Positions 1 through 9,743 of a stretch of 51,304 bases of DNA are shown here, piece by piece. The notes under the pieces were generated by a model. That model searched no databases. It worked only from the letters and a program-made list of their open reading frames with translations, and had not been told where the DNA came from. Position numbers and translations under genes: made by a program. Position 1 is the first letter of the stretch. Each line of letters begins with the position of its first letter. The stretch is from Ferroacidibacillus organovorans (GTDB taxonomy: Bacteria; Bacillota; Bacilli; Alicyclobacillales; SLC66). The stretch is taken from positions 1 to 51,304 of the forward strand of contig NZ_LSUQ01000017.1 of assembly GCF_001642725.1 (NCBI RefSeq), in the 5' to 3' direction.

Positions 1-153
1 GTGATAGCCTGTGGAGAGGACGTAAGACCTGCTCATACAGAGGCGACCTCGACGAAGCAGGAATTCAACGTCAAAGCTACCTATGCGTAGATTTGAGTAA
101 GTTTGAAAGAACGGCATAGCAGCGTACTGCTTAGGATTCTCAAGGTATTTTCG

Positions 154-182
154 TTGACTAATGATGATTGCGTTGCTACACT
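154..182 (+). promoter_or_regulatory. SigA-type promoter of purA
   Basis: TTGACT-N17-TACACT with TG extension, ~50 nt upstream of the ATG. Confidence 0.6.
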
Positions 183-234
183 CTTGTGGGGATTTTATCG
201 TTGAATAAAATTCCCGTTAAGGGAGAGATGATGC

Positions 235-1518
235 ATGTCCACAGTGGTTGTGGTTGGAACACAGTGGGGCGATGAAGGCAAAGGCAAGATCACAGACTAT
301 CTCGCGGAGAAGGCGGATGTCGTTGCGCGCTATCAAGGCGGAAACAACGCGGGGCATCGAATTCGGCTCGGCGATCAAAAATTTGATCTACACCTTTTAC
401 CATCTGGAATTCTCTATCAAGATAAAGTATGTGTAATTGGCAATGGCATGGTCGTCGATCCACGTGCATTAATTGAAGAAATGGATTATCTTAAACAATT
501 GGATGTCACGCTGGGTACGCTTGTGATCAGTGATCGTGCGCACCTTGTGATGCCATATCATATTCGTCTGGATGAACTCGAAGAAGAGCGCAAAGGCGCA
601 AGTAAAATTGGTACGACGCGAAAAGGTATTGGACCTGCCTATATGGATAAGGCAGCGCGGATTGGTATTCGCGTTGTGGATCTACTTGATCGAGAAGTTT
701 TCCGCGCAATGGTCGAGCGAAATCTTCTGGAGAAAAACCGCTTGTTTGAACGCTATTATGAGGCGGATGGATTCACTGTAGAAGAGATCATGGATGCCTA
801 TTTACCCTTGGCAGAATTGATTCGACCTTTTGTGACGGATACATCTGTGGTATTAGAAGCGGCGATTCTAAAAGGGCAAGATGTTTTATTCGAGGGAGCT
901 CAGGCGACGATGCTCGATCTCGACCACGGAACGTATCCGTACGTTACAGCGTCGAATCCTGTGGCGGGTGGCGTGTGTATCGGTTCTGGGGTTGGGCCGA
1001 CAGAGATTGACCAAGTGATCGGCGTGGTTAAAGCGTATACGACGCGTGTTGGGGAAGGTCCGTTTGTCAGTGAGCTTACCGACGCGCTTGGTGATCACAT
1101 TCGCGAAGTGGGTCACGAGTATGGTGTGACCACAGGGCGGCCGCGTCGCGTTGGCTGGTTTGACAGTGTAGTGACACGACACGCGCGTCGCGTCAGTGGT
1201 CTTGACAGCATCGCGGTAACGAAACTTGACATCCTATCGGGCCTTGATGAGCTGCGCATTTGTATCGCGTATGACTGGAATGGTCAACGACTCGACGCAG
1301 TCCCCGCGAGCATCAAGCAGTTGAGTGAGTGCAAACCGATCTATGAGTCACTGCCGGGGTGGCAATCTGACATTTCAACTGTGCGCAGTTTTGATGAGCT
1401 TCCGAAGGAGGCGCAGTCGTATCTTAATCGGTTGTCAGAGCTGACAGGTGCTCCGATTTCTCTCTTCGGTACGGGAGCGGATCGCGACCAAATTGTGCAA
1501 ATGAGGACTGTTTTTTAA
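235..1518 (+). CDS. purA: adenylosuccinate synthetase
   Basis: [25 protein letters not shown] and [14 protein letters not shown] motifs; GGGAGA RBS. Confidence 0.99.
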   Translation: MSTVVVVGTQWGDEGKGKITDYLAEKADVVARYQGGNNAGHRIRLGDQKFDLHLLPSGILYQDKVCVIGNGMVVDPRALIEEMDYLKQLDVTLGTLVISDRAHLVMPYHIRLDELEEERKGASKIGTTRKGIGPAYMDKAARIGIRVVDLLDREVFRAMVERNLLEKNRLFERYYEADGFTVEEIMDAYLPLAELIRPFVTDTSVVLEAAILKGQDVLFEGAQATMLDLDHGTYPYVTASNPVAGGVCIGSGVGPTEIDQVIGVVKAYTTRVGEGPFVSELTDALGDHIREVGHEYGVTTGRPRRVGWFDSVVTRHARRVSGLDSIAVTKLDILSGLDELRICIAYDWNGQRLDAVPASIKQLSECKPIYESLPGWQSDISTVRSFDELPKEAQSYLNRLSELTGAPISLFGTGADRDQIVQMRTVF

Positions 1519-1554
1519 CTTGCCGAATGTCGATCACGGTCATCGGATTTTTAC

Positions 1555-1583
1555 TTGCATTGATCGATCAATCATGGTATATT
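1555..1583 (+). promoter_or_regulatory. SigA-type promoter of the tRNA cluster
   Basis: TTGCAT-N17-TATATT with TG extension just upstream of tRNA-Lys. Confidence 0.65.
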
Positions 1584-1600
1584 GATGACCGTTGATTCTT

Positions 1601-1673
1601 GAGCCATTAGCTCAGTTGGTAGAGCACCTGACTTTTAATCAGGGTGTCGCTGGTTCGAGTCCAGCATGGCTCA
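1601..1673 (+). tRNA. tRNA-Lys(UUU), CCA not encoded
   Basis: GAGCCAT/ATGGCTC acceptor stem, anticodon arm CCTGA-CTTTTAA-TCAGG, GGTTCGAGTCC T-arm. Confidence 0.97.
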
Positions 1674-1678
1674 TCGTT

Positions 1679-1753
1679 GGCCCCATGGTCAAGCGGTTAA
1701 GACACCGCCCTTTCACGGCGGGAACAGGGGTTCGAATCCCCTTGGGGTCACCA
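1679..1753 (+). tRNA. tRNA-Glu(UUC)
   Basis: Cloverleaf with anticodon arm CCGCC-CTTTCAC-GGCGG; ends in CCA. Confidence 0.97.
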
Positions 1754-1768
1754 TTTTATTACTCGTAT

Positions 1769-1844
1769 GGGCGATTAGCTCAGCTGGGAGAGCACCTGCC
1801 TTACAAGCAGGGGGTCGGCGGTTCGAGCCCGTCATCGCCCACCA
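1769..1844 (+). tRNA. tRNA-Val(UAC)
   Basis: Cloverleaf with anticodon loop CTTACAA; ends in ACCA. Confidence 0.97.
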
Positions 1845-1868
1845 TAAAAATGCCTTGATAAATCAAGG

Positions 1869-1914
1869 AAAATCGGACTGTACCCCCACAGGGTATGCAG
1901 TTCGATTTTGTTTT
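1869..1914 (+). terminator. intrinsic terminator after the tRNA cluster
   Basis: AAAATCGGACTGTACCC...GGGTATGCAGTTCGATTTT hairpin followed by a T-rich tract. Confidence 0.6.
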
Positions 1915-1915
1915 A

Positions 1916-1937
1916 TGTCCTAGTTTTGTCCTAGTTT
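1916..1937 (+). repeat. perfect tandem 11-bp direct repeat TGTCCTAGTTT x2
   Basis: Directly visible at 1916-1926 and 1927-1937. Confidence 0.9.
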
Positions 1938-2420
1938 CTTTTCCTCTATCGTACGAATTGATTTTTTTGTAAGCACAAAGGGCGAGTGAAGAATCTCGTG
2001 CCCTTGCTCAGCACCGGTCGGTTGGTGCGCATGGATGAATGAACAAAATTTTTAAATGTCAATGTATTGATCAATTTTCGTTCGCATCTTCGAGCGATCA
2101 ACCCAAGAAAACGGACAGCGAGTCTTACACCTGGGAAATGAGCGTCAAATTAATACGAGTTATCAAGCCACTGTTTATAGCTACGTGCCAATACGATCAT
2201 CAATTCTTTAGCATGATGCTATCCTACCGCTTGTGTTGCTAAGGCAGATGCCGACGTATTGCATGCGGCACACGCAGCAAAATTACAGGAATACAATGGT
2301 GAAGTGGTCCGTGTTCGTCAGCTTTCTGTGGAGGGCATCATGGACTCCTAAATCGCTATGCAGTGCCAAGTAACCAAGCGATGTACGCATGGTTTAAGCA
2401 ATATGGGGTGTAATGCTGCC

Positions 2421-3305
2421 CTATGGATTGAGATTGATTGGCGTGTCATCGTATTCCAGTGTAGGCGATACGTCAATCAGGCTCATCGGGATCGTGAAGC
2501 GGCCGTTATGCATAGGAGTCAAGTCGGCCATGGATACAAAGTGCTCTACCGTTTCATCGACATACAAAAGGACATTTTCCCGAAAAAGTTTGATGCGTTC
2601 AGCATCGGTGAGCGGGACCGCCGGTGTCGTTTGTGAGTTATAATCCGTTGCCGGCAGGACGATCGGTAACTGGTCCGGTTTCTTTGTCAATTGCATTGGA
2701 TTGCAGAAGATCGTCTCTGTAAAGACGCCGGCCGTCCGCAGGCGTTCAATGACACGTCGTGCGGCGCGTTCCGCTCCCCGGCCGAAATTGCCCGGGAAGA
2801 TTCCGATGTCAGCCTGCAAATCATTGTAGTCAGATCCTCCGAATAGCAGCACGTAAAGATCTGAACAGACGGAGAACACACAGGTCTTTGTCTCATCGCC
2901 TTGAATCAAAGTAACGCGGCGTATAGAGTCGTACGGTGTCACATTGATTTTAGGAAAGCGCGTAGAATACTGCACCATTTCAAATGACTGCGGCGTGGTC
3001 TTTGCTGCAGGCACATGCAACTCGCCTTGTGGGGTAATGAGTGTGAGCGCGTTGTAACGATGGTTCGGTTTGCTGCGTGGCAACAGGGAAGTAGCGAGGT
3101 TCAGTGTTGTGACGATCGTCACGCGCTTTTCTTGCGCTTTTTTTATGAGTGCGTCGAGAGTGCGTTCTGACTCATCGGCTGTATAGGCCGCATACTCCGG
3201 AAAGATCAGGATCTCGCCGACTTGGGCGCGATCACAAGTGTGGAGAATTTCCTCGCGAACCGCCGCCTCTGAACCGATCTGATACGTTTTTACACGCCAA
3301 TTCAA
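2421..3305 (-). CDS. divergent carbon-nitrogen hydrolase (nitrilase superfamily) protein
   Basis: LIFPEY, YNALTLITPQG..K and VCSD motifs match the Glu-Lys-Cys triad. TTG start at 3305 chosen for its AAGGAGG RBS; the ORF is open from 3356. Confidence 0.7.
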   Translation of the reverse strand: MNWRVKTYQIGSEAAVREEILHTCDRAQVGEILIFPEYAAYTADESERTLDALIKKAQEKRVTIVTTLNLATSLLPRSKPNHRYNALTLITPQGELHVPAAKTTPQSFEMVQYSTRFPKINVTPYDSIRRVTLIQGDETKTCVFSVCSDLYVLLFGGSDYNDLQADIGIFPGNFGRGAERAARRVIERLRTAGVFTETIFCNPMQLTKKPDQLPIVLPATDYNSQTTPAVPLTDAERIKLFRENVLLYVDETVEHFVSMADLTPMHNGRFTIPMSLIDVSPTLEYDDTPINLNP

Positions 3306-3359
3306 GTTGTTATTGCCTCCTTCATGCACCCCGTCCATGGGTTCCATTCGTGACAAGCT

Positions 3360-5321
3360 TTACGAGTCATGCACTTCCGAGATGAGCATGGTGAGTGCGT
3401 CACTGTCTTCGAGTCCAGTGATATCGCCCTGAATCACGCTGCCCTCAAGCACCTCGCGCAGCATTCTGCGTATGATTTTTCCGGATCGTGTCTTTGGCAT
3501 CACACTGACAAAATGAATGCGTTCCGGTTTGGCAAATGAGCCGATATCTTCGATAACTTTCTGCTGTAATGCTCTGGCCAGCACATCATTCGGTTGAAAC
3601 AATTTGTCGATCGTGACAAACGCAACAGGAACGGTCCCCTTTATCGCGTCCGGTTGAGTCACTACGGCAGCTTCGACAACGGATTCGTGTTGAATGAGGG
3701 AACTCTCCATCTCCATGGTACTGATGCGATGTCCGGCGACGTTGATGACATCATCCACCCTCCCCAACACCCAGTAATGCCCATCGCTGTCGCGTACGGC
3801 GCTGTCGCCGGTGAAATAGGCGCCGGGTATTTGCTCAAAGTAGTTCTGCAAATAGCGGATGCGGTTGCCAAACACATCGCGCGCCAGTGTGGGAAACGGG
3901 GTTCGGATGATCAGAAAACCAGGCGTTCCGTCCTTCACGGGACGGCCTTCATGATCCACGATGTCAAGACGGTGACCAAAAAATGGAACACCGCATGATC
4001 CGGGTTTCATCGCTGTCGCGCCGGGCAGCGAGGCCAGTGGCGTACCGCCGGTCTCTGTTTGTCCCCAGGTATTGTTGATGACGGCGTGCCCCCCACCGAC
4101 AACCCGGTACACCCAATTCCAGGCTTCCGGATTAAGTGGTTCGCCGACGGAGGCAATCAGGCGAATGGAAGAGAGATCATACGTTTGTGCCAAGGCTTCT
4201 CCATATTTCATAAGCATGCGGAAAGCCGTCGGAGCAGAGAATAATTTATTGATCTGGTAGCGCTCCACGATTTCGTATAAGCGGCCCTGATGCGGATGGT
4301 CGATGGCCCCTTCGTAGATGACATTCGTAACGCCGAGCGCCAATCCGCCCACGAGGACAAAGATATGGGCTGTCAGCCAACCAATGTCGGCGGTGTTCCA
4401 ATACACGTCCTCGTCGCGCAGGTCGAGTTGGTATTTGGAGTAAGCGTAGGTCCCAAGCAGAAATCCGCCGCCGGCATGAACGATCCCTTTTGGCTTGCCG
4501 CTGGTTCCGCTTGTGAAAATCAGCAATCCGGGGTCGTTGCAGTCTAGCGGCACAGCGTCATTGGTTGCTGGGGCCGTTCGCATCAGTTCTGTATAGTCAT
4601 AATCCCTGCCCTGCATCATGGGCGTGGCCAAGTCGGCAATTCGATTGAATACGATGACGTGCCTGACGGCGTGTTCACCCTGAAGAGCGGCATCCACAGT
4701 TTCCTTCAGAGTCAGCACTTTCCCTCTGCGATAACTGCCATTTGAGCAAATGACAGCTTTTGCGTTTGAAGTGACGATGCGCTCCCGGAGGGCTTCGGGT
4801 GAAAATCCCGCGAACACCGTATTATAAATAATTCCCATGCGGAAGCACGCGAGCAGGACAATATACGTTTCCGGGAGGTTTTGCATGTAGACACTGACGA
4901 CGTCGCCCTTTGCAAGACCGAAGTTGCGGAGAACATTCGCAAACTTTTGCACATTGCGGTGCAGTTGCAGGTAAGTCAGTGACCGCGTTTCACCGTTCTC
5001 CCCCTCAAAGAAAAAGGCCACTTTGTTGCGGCGCAGCGGATTGTTTGCGTGACGATCCACACAGTTCAGGCATACGTTGATCTGGCTTCCGGGAAAGAAA
5101 CGAAAATCGGGCATGCCTCCTTCTATAACCGTTTGTTCACGATGAACCCAATCCAGTTCGTCAGCGATTTTATTCCAGAATGCCGTAGGATCCTCGATGG
5201 ATGTGCGGTACTCATTGCTGTACATGTCAGTGCTTGTCATGTAGGACCGTTCGACATAAGATGGGGGCGGAGGAAATGTTTTGCTTTTCTGAATAAAATC
5301 GATGCCATTTGGCGCATCCAT
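3360..5321 (-). CDS. acsA: acetate--CoA ligase (AMP-forming acetyl-CoA synthetase)
   Basis: FTSGTSGKPKG, TWGQTETG, GRVDDVINVAGHR and PKTRSGK motifs. Confidence 0.9.
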   Translation of the reverse strand: MDAPNGIDFIQKSKTFPPPPSYVERSYMTSTDMYSNEYRTSIEDPTAFWNKIADELDWVHREQTVIEGGMPDFRFFPGSQINVCLNCVDRHANNPLRRNKVAFFFEGENGETRSLTYLQLHRNVQKFANVLRNFGLAKGDVVSVYMQNLPETYIVLLACFRMGIIYNTVFAGFSPEALRERIVTSNAKAVICSNGSYRRGKVLTLKETVDAALQGEHAVRHVIVFNRIADLATPMMQGRDYDYTELMRTAPATNDAVPLDCNDPGLLIFTSGTSGKPKGIVHAGGGFLLGTYAYSKYQLDLRDEDVYWNTADIGWLTAHIFVLVGGLALGVTNVIYEGAIDHPHQGRLYEIVERYQINKLFSAPTAFRMLMKYGEALAQTYDLSSIRLIASVGEPLNPEAWNWVYRVVGGGHAVINNTWGQTETGGTPLASLPGATAMKPGSCGVPFFGHRLDIVDHEGRPVKDGTPGFLIIRTPFPTLARDVFGNRIRYLQNYFEQIPGAYFTGDSAVRDSDGHYWVLGRVDDVINVAGHRISTMEMESSLIQHESVVEAAVVTQPDAIKGTVPVAFVTIDKLFQPNDVLARALQQKVIEDIGSFAKPERIHFVSVMPKTRSGKIIRRMLREVLEGSVIQGDITGLEDSDALTMLISEVHDS

Positions 5322-5446
5322 CGTTCTTCCTCCTTTGTTTCTTTCAATATGTATGCGTTTTCTCCATAGTACGCCAGGACTTGCGCAAGAACAATAGAGT
5401 TTGATTGAGTCGGGGTCGACTCGAATGGAAAGGGATAAATATTCCC

Positions 5447-6676
5447 TTACGTTGAAGATTCATCGTTTGCAGAGGCGGCATTCAGCGATTTTACCCGATA
5501 GGTTCCCCACACGGAGAATCCGGTTGCGACAAGTACGCATCCAAACGCGCAGACCCCGTTCCATCTCCACGCGGTCCAGACGAAACTGCCGATGGCAGAA
5601 CTGATGGAGCCGCCGAGAAAATAGGCCACCATGTATACCATGTTCAATCGGTTTCTTGCTTCTGGTAAAAGGTTGAAGATGCGGCTCTGATTTAGAATGT
5701 GCCCGGCTTGCGTGCCGAGATCGAGCAACACGATGCCGAGGATGAGTCCGACAAGGTGATATCCGAAAATCCAAAAGCAGAGAAATGAGAGAAGCACGGT
5801 GGTGAGTGCAAAGCCGGATAAGATCTGTGCGGGCATTCGATCCGCTAAACGTCCTGCGAAGCGAGCGGCGACGGCACCGACCACGCCGACTAATCCAAAG
5901 AGTCCGGCAATCTGGCTTCCATAGTGGTAGGGCGCTTGTTCAATAAAAAAGGTGAGTGTTGTCCAAAAAAGACTGAATCCACCGAATAGAGTTGCGCCGA
6001 GTAGTGAAGTCTCTCGCAAGGTGGGTTGTTCTCGAATCAATCGACCGACTGACACAAACAATTCGCGATAGGTGACCGTTTGCTCTGGGAAGGTTTGCGG
6101 GAGCAACAATCGCAAGAGAACGCTGAGGATTACCATCATCAGTGCAGCGATCCAGTACATGGTGCGCCAGCCAAAGTCGCCGCCAATCCATCCGGATGCC
6201 GTGCGCGCGAGCAAGATGCCGATGAGAAGACCGCTCATGACGCTGCCAATGACTTTGCCGCGTTCGTGTGGTGCGGCGAGTTGAGCGGCGAGGGGGATAA
6301 GCAGTTGAGGTGCAATCGATGTAACGCCGACAGCAAGACTGGCTGCATCCATCCATGCCATATTTTGCGCTGTCGCTATGCCGACAAGGAAGAGTGCCAC
6401 TACGATGAGCAAGATCAGAATTAGACGTCTGCGCTCTTTCATATCCCCGAGTGGCACAAAAAAGAAGAGTCCAATTGCATATCCGATTTGGGTGCACATG
6501 GACAGGATACCGCCCTGCTGCGCTGTTGCGTGAAACGTGTGAACGATTTGCGCCAACAGGGGTTGATTGTAATACAGATTGGCGACCGTAACGCCGCTGA
6601 CGAGAGCGAGAACAAAGACGACTCGCTTGGTGAGCGGAGAATGGGAGTGCTGAGGCTGTAGAAGCATCGTATCCAT
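5447..6676 (-). CDS. MFS transporter
   Basis: ~12 hydrophobic segments; ANLYYNQPLL, LGDMKERRR and GRLADR MFS motifs. Confidence 0.92.
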   Translation of the reverse strand: MDTMLLQPQHSHSPLTKRVVFVLALVSGVTVANLYYNQPLLAQIVHTFHATAQQGGILSMCTQIGYAIGLFFFVPLGDMKERRRLILILLIVVALFLVGIATAQNMAWMDAASLAVGVTSIAPQLLIPLAAQLAAPHERGKVIGSVMSGLLIGILLARTASGWIGGDFGWRTMYWIAALMMVILSVLLRLLLPQTFPEQTVTYRELFVSVGRLIREQPTLRETSLLGATLFGGFSLFWTTLTFFIEQAPYHYGSQIAGLFGLVGVVGAVAARFAGRLADRMPAQILSGFALTTVLLSFLCFWIFGYHLVGLILGIVLLDLGTQAGHILNQSRIFNLLPEARNRLNMVYMVAYFLGGSISSAIGSFVWTAWRWNGVCAFGCVLVATGFSVWGTYRVKSLNAASANDESST

Positions 6677-6679
6677 CCC

Positions 6680-7300
6680 TTAACCCCATCCAGGAAACAC
6701 GGAGTGGAGACCGGTCAACGCCATTTGGACTGCGATAATGGAGAGAATAAAGCCCATGAGTCGAGTGATTGCGTTGAGCGCGGTGTGACTGATCCGCCCT
6801 GTGATCCAGGAGGCGTAGTAGAATAAGGCGAAGCATGTGAGCAAAACGATGATGACAGCGATAAAGACGGCCGTTGTATGCATGACCAGTTGCGGGCCGA
6901 CGCTAAGCGCCATCACCGTTGTGATTGTGCCAGGGCCTGCCATAATCGGCAGGGCAAGCGGCGTCAAGGTAATATCGTGTTTTGGACTGGACTCGTCTGC
7001 GCGGGGAGACTGAACGTACGATGGCGTTGCGTTGAGCAAACGGTAGGCGATCCCAAAAAGCAGAATGCCTCCGGCGATTTGAAAGGCTTGAATCGTGATG
7101 CCAAAAAACGAGAGAACATCATGACCGATCAGCAAAAAGATGATGAGGATCAAAAAGGCGTTGATGACAGCCCGTTTGGCGATGCGCCGCCGTTCAGCGG
7201 AAGAGGCGTTAGATGTGAGTGCCAAGTAGGTGGGGAGAATCCCCAGCGGATTCATTACCGCAATGAGCGATACGATCGCATGAATTAAGTAGGAGGGCAT
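6680..7300 (-). CDS. MarC family membrane protein
   Basis: MNPLG, AFQIAGGILL, PLALPIMAGPG and TRLMGFIL motifs. Confidence 0.92.
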   Translation of the reverse strand: MPSYLIHAIVSLIAVMNPLGILPTYLALTSNASSAERRRIAKRAVINAFLILIIFLLIGHDVLSFFGITIQAFQIAGGILLFGIAYRLLNATPSYVQSPRADESSPKHDITLTPLALPIMAGPGTITTVMALSVGPQLVMHTTAVFIAVIIVLLTCFALFYYASWITGRISHTALNAITRLMGFILSIIAVQMALTGLHSVFPGWG

Positions 7301-7404
7301 GGGAAACTTTCATTCCTTTTCTGTTGTGTTCGTCTCATGCGGAACATGTATAGTATAGGGCATCAGGCAAATGAGTAAAATCGTGCGAAATAGGCGGTGA
7401 ACCG

Positions 7405-7932
7405 ATGGATGGCCAGGAGCGTGCGCGTCGTCAGGAGATGCTTATCGATTTTTTGCGGCAAGCAGAGGGCCCTCTTTCTGGTACACAGTTGGCGCGTCGT
7501 CTCGGCGTGACACGCCAAGTGGTCGTACATGATATCGCGCTTATGCGCGCCGCGGGTGTAACGATTTTATCGACGCCCCAAGGATATATTTATCAACAAC
7601 GCGACTCGATGCGTTCCCAGACGGTGCTCGGGGTAAATCACACCCCAGAGCAAACAGCCCTGGAACTCTATACAATGGTTGATTTTGGGCTCTACGTGAT
7701 GGACGTACAAGTTGAACATCCGCTGTACGGGATGTTATCCGGTGCGCTGCGACTAGCGTCGCGCCGAGATGTCGAGCTATTCCTTGAGCAAGTGCAGCGG
7801 CTGGACGCGCCGCTGCTTTCTTCTATAACGGGTGGATCGCACTATCACACGATCGCCTATCGCGAGACGCGCCATGTTGAAGAGGCGATCGCGAAACTGC
7901 GTGCGGTTGGGATCCACGTCGATGACGCGTGA
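7405..7932 (+). CDS. NiaR/NadR-type transcriptional repressor (HTH + 3H domain)
   Basis: N-terminal HTH (GVTRQVVVHDIALMR, STPQGY); His motifs VNH, VEHPLYG and HYH. Confidence 0.88.
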   Translation: MDGQERARRQEMLIDFLRQAEGPLSGTQLARRLGVTRQVVVHDIALMRAAGVTILSTPQGYIYQQRDSMRSQTVLGVNHTPEQTALELYTMVDFGLYVMDVQVEHPLYGMLSGALRLASRRDVELFLEQVQRLDAPLLSSITGGSHYHTIAYRETRHVEEAIAKLRAVGIHVDDA

Positions 7933-7946
7933 TGCCAAGAAAACGG

Positions 7947-9125
7947 TTATTCGGCCACGGTGCGCAGGCAGGATGCAGCCGCCTTAGCCGTTTGTCGCGC
8001 CTTTGTCACATCAGGATCGCTACTGAGCACGACTGCAATGCGTCGCCCTTTGGTGATGGTTGGTTTACCAAAAAGTCGCACTTGGGTTTGCGGATAGGCA
8101 AGTACGTCGGCAACCCCTTCAATTCGATACGAAGGCGCGTCCGCGTCCGCTTTCAGCACATGGGAAGCGCCGGGCGAGAGCAATTGAATCTCGGGGATGG
8201 GGAATCCGAGAATGGCGCGGACGTGCAGCGCGAACTCAGACAAGTTTTGCGTGATCATCGTCACCATGCCCGTATCGTGAGGTCGCGGCGAAACTTCGCT
8301 GAAATAGACCTCGTCCGGTGTGAGAAAGAGTTCGACGCCAAAGACGCCGTAACCGCCAAGGCGATCCGTGACGCGTTTTGCAATCTCTTGCGCTTTTTCA
8401 AGGTGTTGCGGATTCATCGCGTGAGGTTGCCAGGATTCAATATAGTCGCCATCTTGTTGACGGTGGCCAATGGGCGGGCAAAAAAGCGTACCCGATGCGG
8501 TGCGGACAGCGAGCAGTGTGATTTCTGATTCGAATGGAATAAACGATTCGACGATCACTTCTGCACTCTTGACGCGCCCGGCGGTCATCGCGTAATTCCA
8601 TACCTGCTCCATCTCTTTCTCGGATCGACAGATGCTTTGTCCTTTTCCAGAAGAACTCATAATCGGTTTGACAACACAAGGGAATCCAATCTCGTAAGCG
8701 GCTTCTTTAAATGCAGCGAGACTCGTCGCGAACGCATAGCGCGCGGTAGGAATGCCAAGTTCCTCTGCGACAAGGGTGCGGATTCCTTTGCGATCCATGG
8801 TGAGCTTCGCCGCCGTGGCTGTGGGAATAACGCGAAACCCTTCCCGTTCAAGCGCGACAAGGGTGTCTGTCGAGATGGCTTCAATTTCAGGGACGATCAA
8901 ATCGGGCTTTTCAGAGAGAATGAGCGTTCGCAATGCGTCTGCATCCGTCATGTCCACGACGTGATGGTGATGCGCAACCTGCATGGCGGGCGCATTCGGG
9001 TAACGGTCGACCGCGATGGTTTCAACGCCGTAGCGCTGCGCTTCAAGGATGACTTCTTTCCCGAGTTCACCAGAGCCAAGCAACATCACGCGTGTGGCGT
9101 TTGGTGAAAAGGGTGGGCTGAACAT
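7947..9125 (-). CDS. purT: formate-dependent phosphoribosylglycinamide formyltransferase
   Basis: [22 protein letters not shown] and [13 protein letters not shown] motifs. Confidence 0.97.
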   Translation of the reverse strand: MFSPPFSPNATRVMLLGSGELGKEVILEAQRYGVETIAVDRYPNAPAMQVAHHHHVVDMTDADALRTLILSEKPDLIVPEIEAISTDTLVALEREGFRVIPTATAAKLTMDRKGIRTLVAEELGIPTARYAFATSLAAFKEAAYEIGFPCVVKPIMSSSGKGQSICRSEKEMEQVWNYAMTAGRVKSAEVIVESFIPFESEITLLAVRTASGTLFCPPIGHRQQDGDYIESWQPHAMNPQHLEKAQEIAKRVTDRLGGYGVFGVELFLTPDEVYFSEVSPRPHDTGMVTMITQNLSEFALHVRAILGFPIPEIQLLSPGASHVLKADADAPSYRIEGVADVLAYPQTQVRLFGKPTITKGRRIAVVLSSDPDVTKARQTAKAAASCLRTVAE

Positions 9126-9170
9126 AAAAAAACCTCCTGTGGGGTTCGAGGTGTCACACCTCTGAAGTTG

Positions 9171-9247
9171 TGCCCAGGCGGTCGGCGTTATCGACGTTAC
9201 ACTCCATCGTGGTTACTCCACGTTACGTTCCGCCAGTCATGCAACGT
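9171..9247 (-). ncRNA. ZMP/ZTP (pfl) riboswitch upstream of purT
   Basis: Minus strand reads GACTGGCGGAA...GTGGAGTAACCAC..GGAG...GCCGACCGCCTGGGCA, the pfl consensus; purT is a typical target. Confidence 0.93.
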
Positions 9248-9374
9248 CCCGCCTAGTATACATGAAGAAATAAGATTTTTCTCATCAAAATATGGGGAAA
9301 CCTTCATCTCTCTCACCTCATGGGTTAAAGAACCTTGGCTACAATGAAATCATTCCGAAGGGGAGGGATTACAC

Positions 9375-9743
9375 ATGAAAAGATTCATCCTTGGTGGTGT
9401 TGCACTCGCGACGGCGGGTATGCTTTTGTCACAAGTATCCGCGTTTGCTGCAACGCAGAGCACGACGACTCCACCTGTCGCTCAAGTGACGAACCTGACA
9501 CTTCCAGCGTCCGTGTCGGCAGGCCCTGAGGCAAAGGACGGCGTTGACAATGGCCCGAATGTTCAAGGCCAAGTGGGGGGTCAACGCAATGACGGTGGGA
9601 TTGACAAACCCGGTGCTGAAAAGCATGGTGTCGAAAAAGGCATCGACCATGGTTTGAATCAAGGTCCGAACGTGCAGGATCAAGTGGGCAGTCAAACGAA
9701 GGATGGCGGCGTAGATGCGCATCCGGCGGGGCAAGGTAACTAA
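9375..9743 (+). CDS. small secreted Gly/Gln/Asp-rich hypothetical protein with an internal duplication
   Basis: GGAGG RBS, signal peptide ending AFA-A, two GPNVQxQVGxQxxDGGxD units. Confidence 0.75.
   Translation: MKRFILGGVALATAGMLLSQVSAFAATQSTTTPPVAQVTNLTLPASVSAGPEAKDGVDNGPNVQGQVGGQRNDGGIDKPGAEKHGVEKGIDHGLNQGPNVQDQVGSQTKDGGVDAHPAGQGN

Noticed and set aside
1..90. Open frame from position 1 to a TAG at 88-90
   Set aside because: Possibly the tail of an upstream gene, but 29 codons with no recognisable motif is too little to call.
1592..1923. ORF-track ORFs of 88 and 85 aa
   Set aside because: They lie over three tRNA genes and are spurious. The same applies to the ORFs over tRNA-Ser and the SRP RNA at 22916-23373.
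9148..9162. Palindrome GAGGTGT-C-ACACCTC as a possible NiaR operator
   Set aside because: The spacing does not fit the NiaR site, and it lies in the ZTP riboswitch expression platform.
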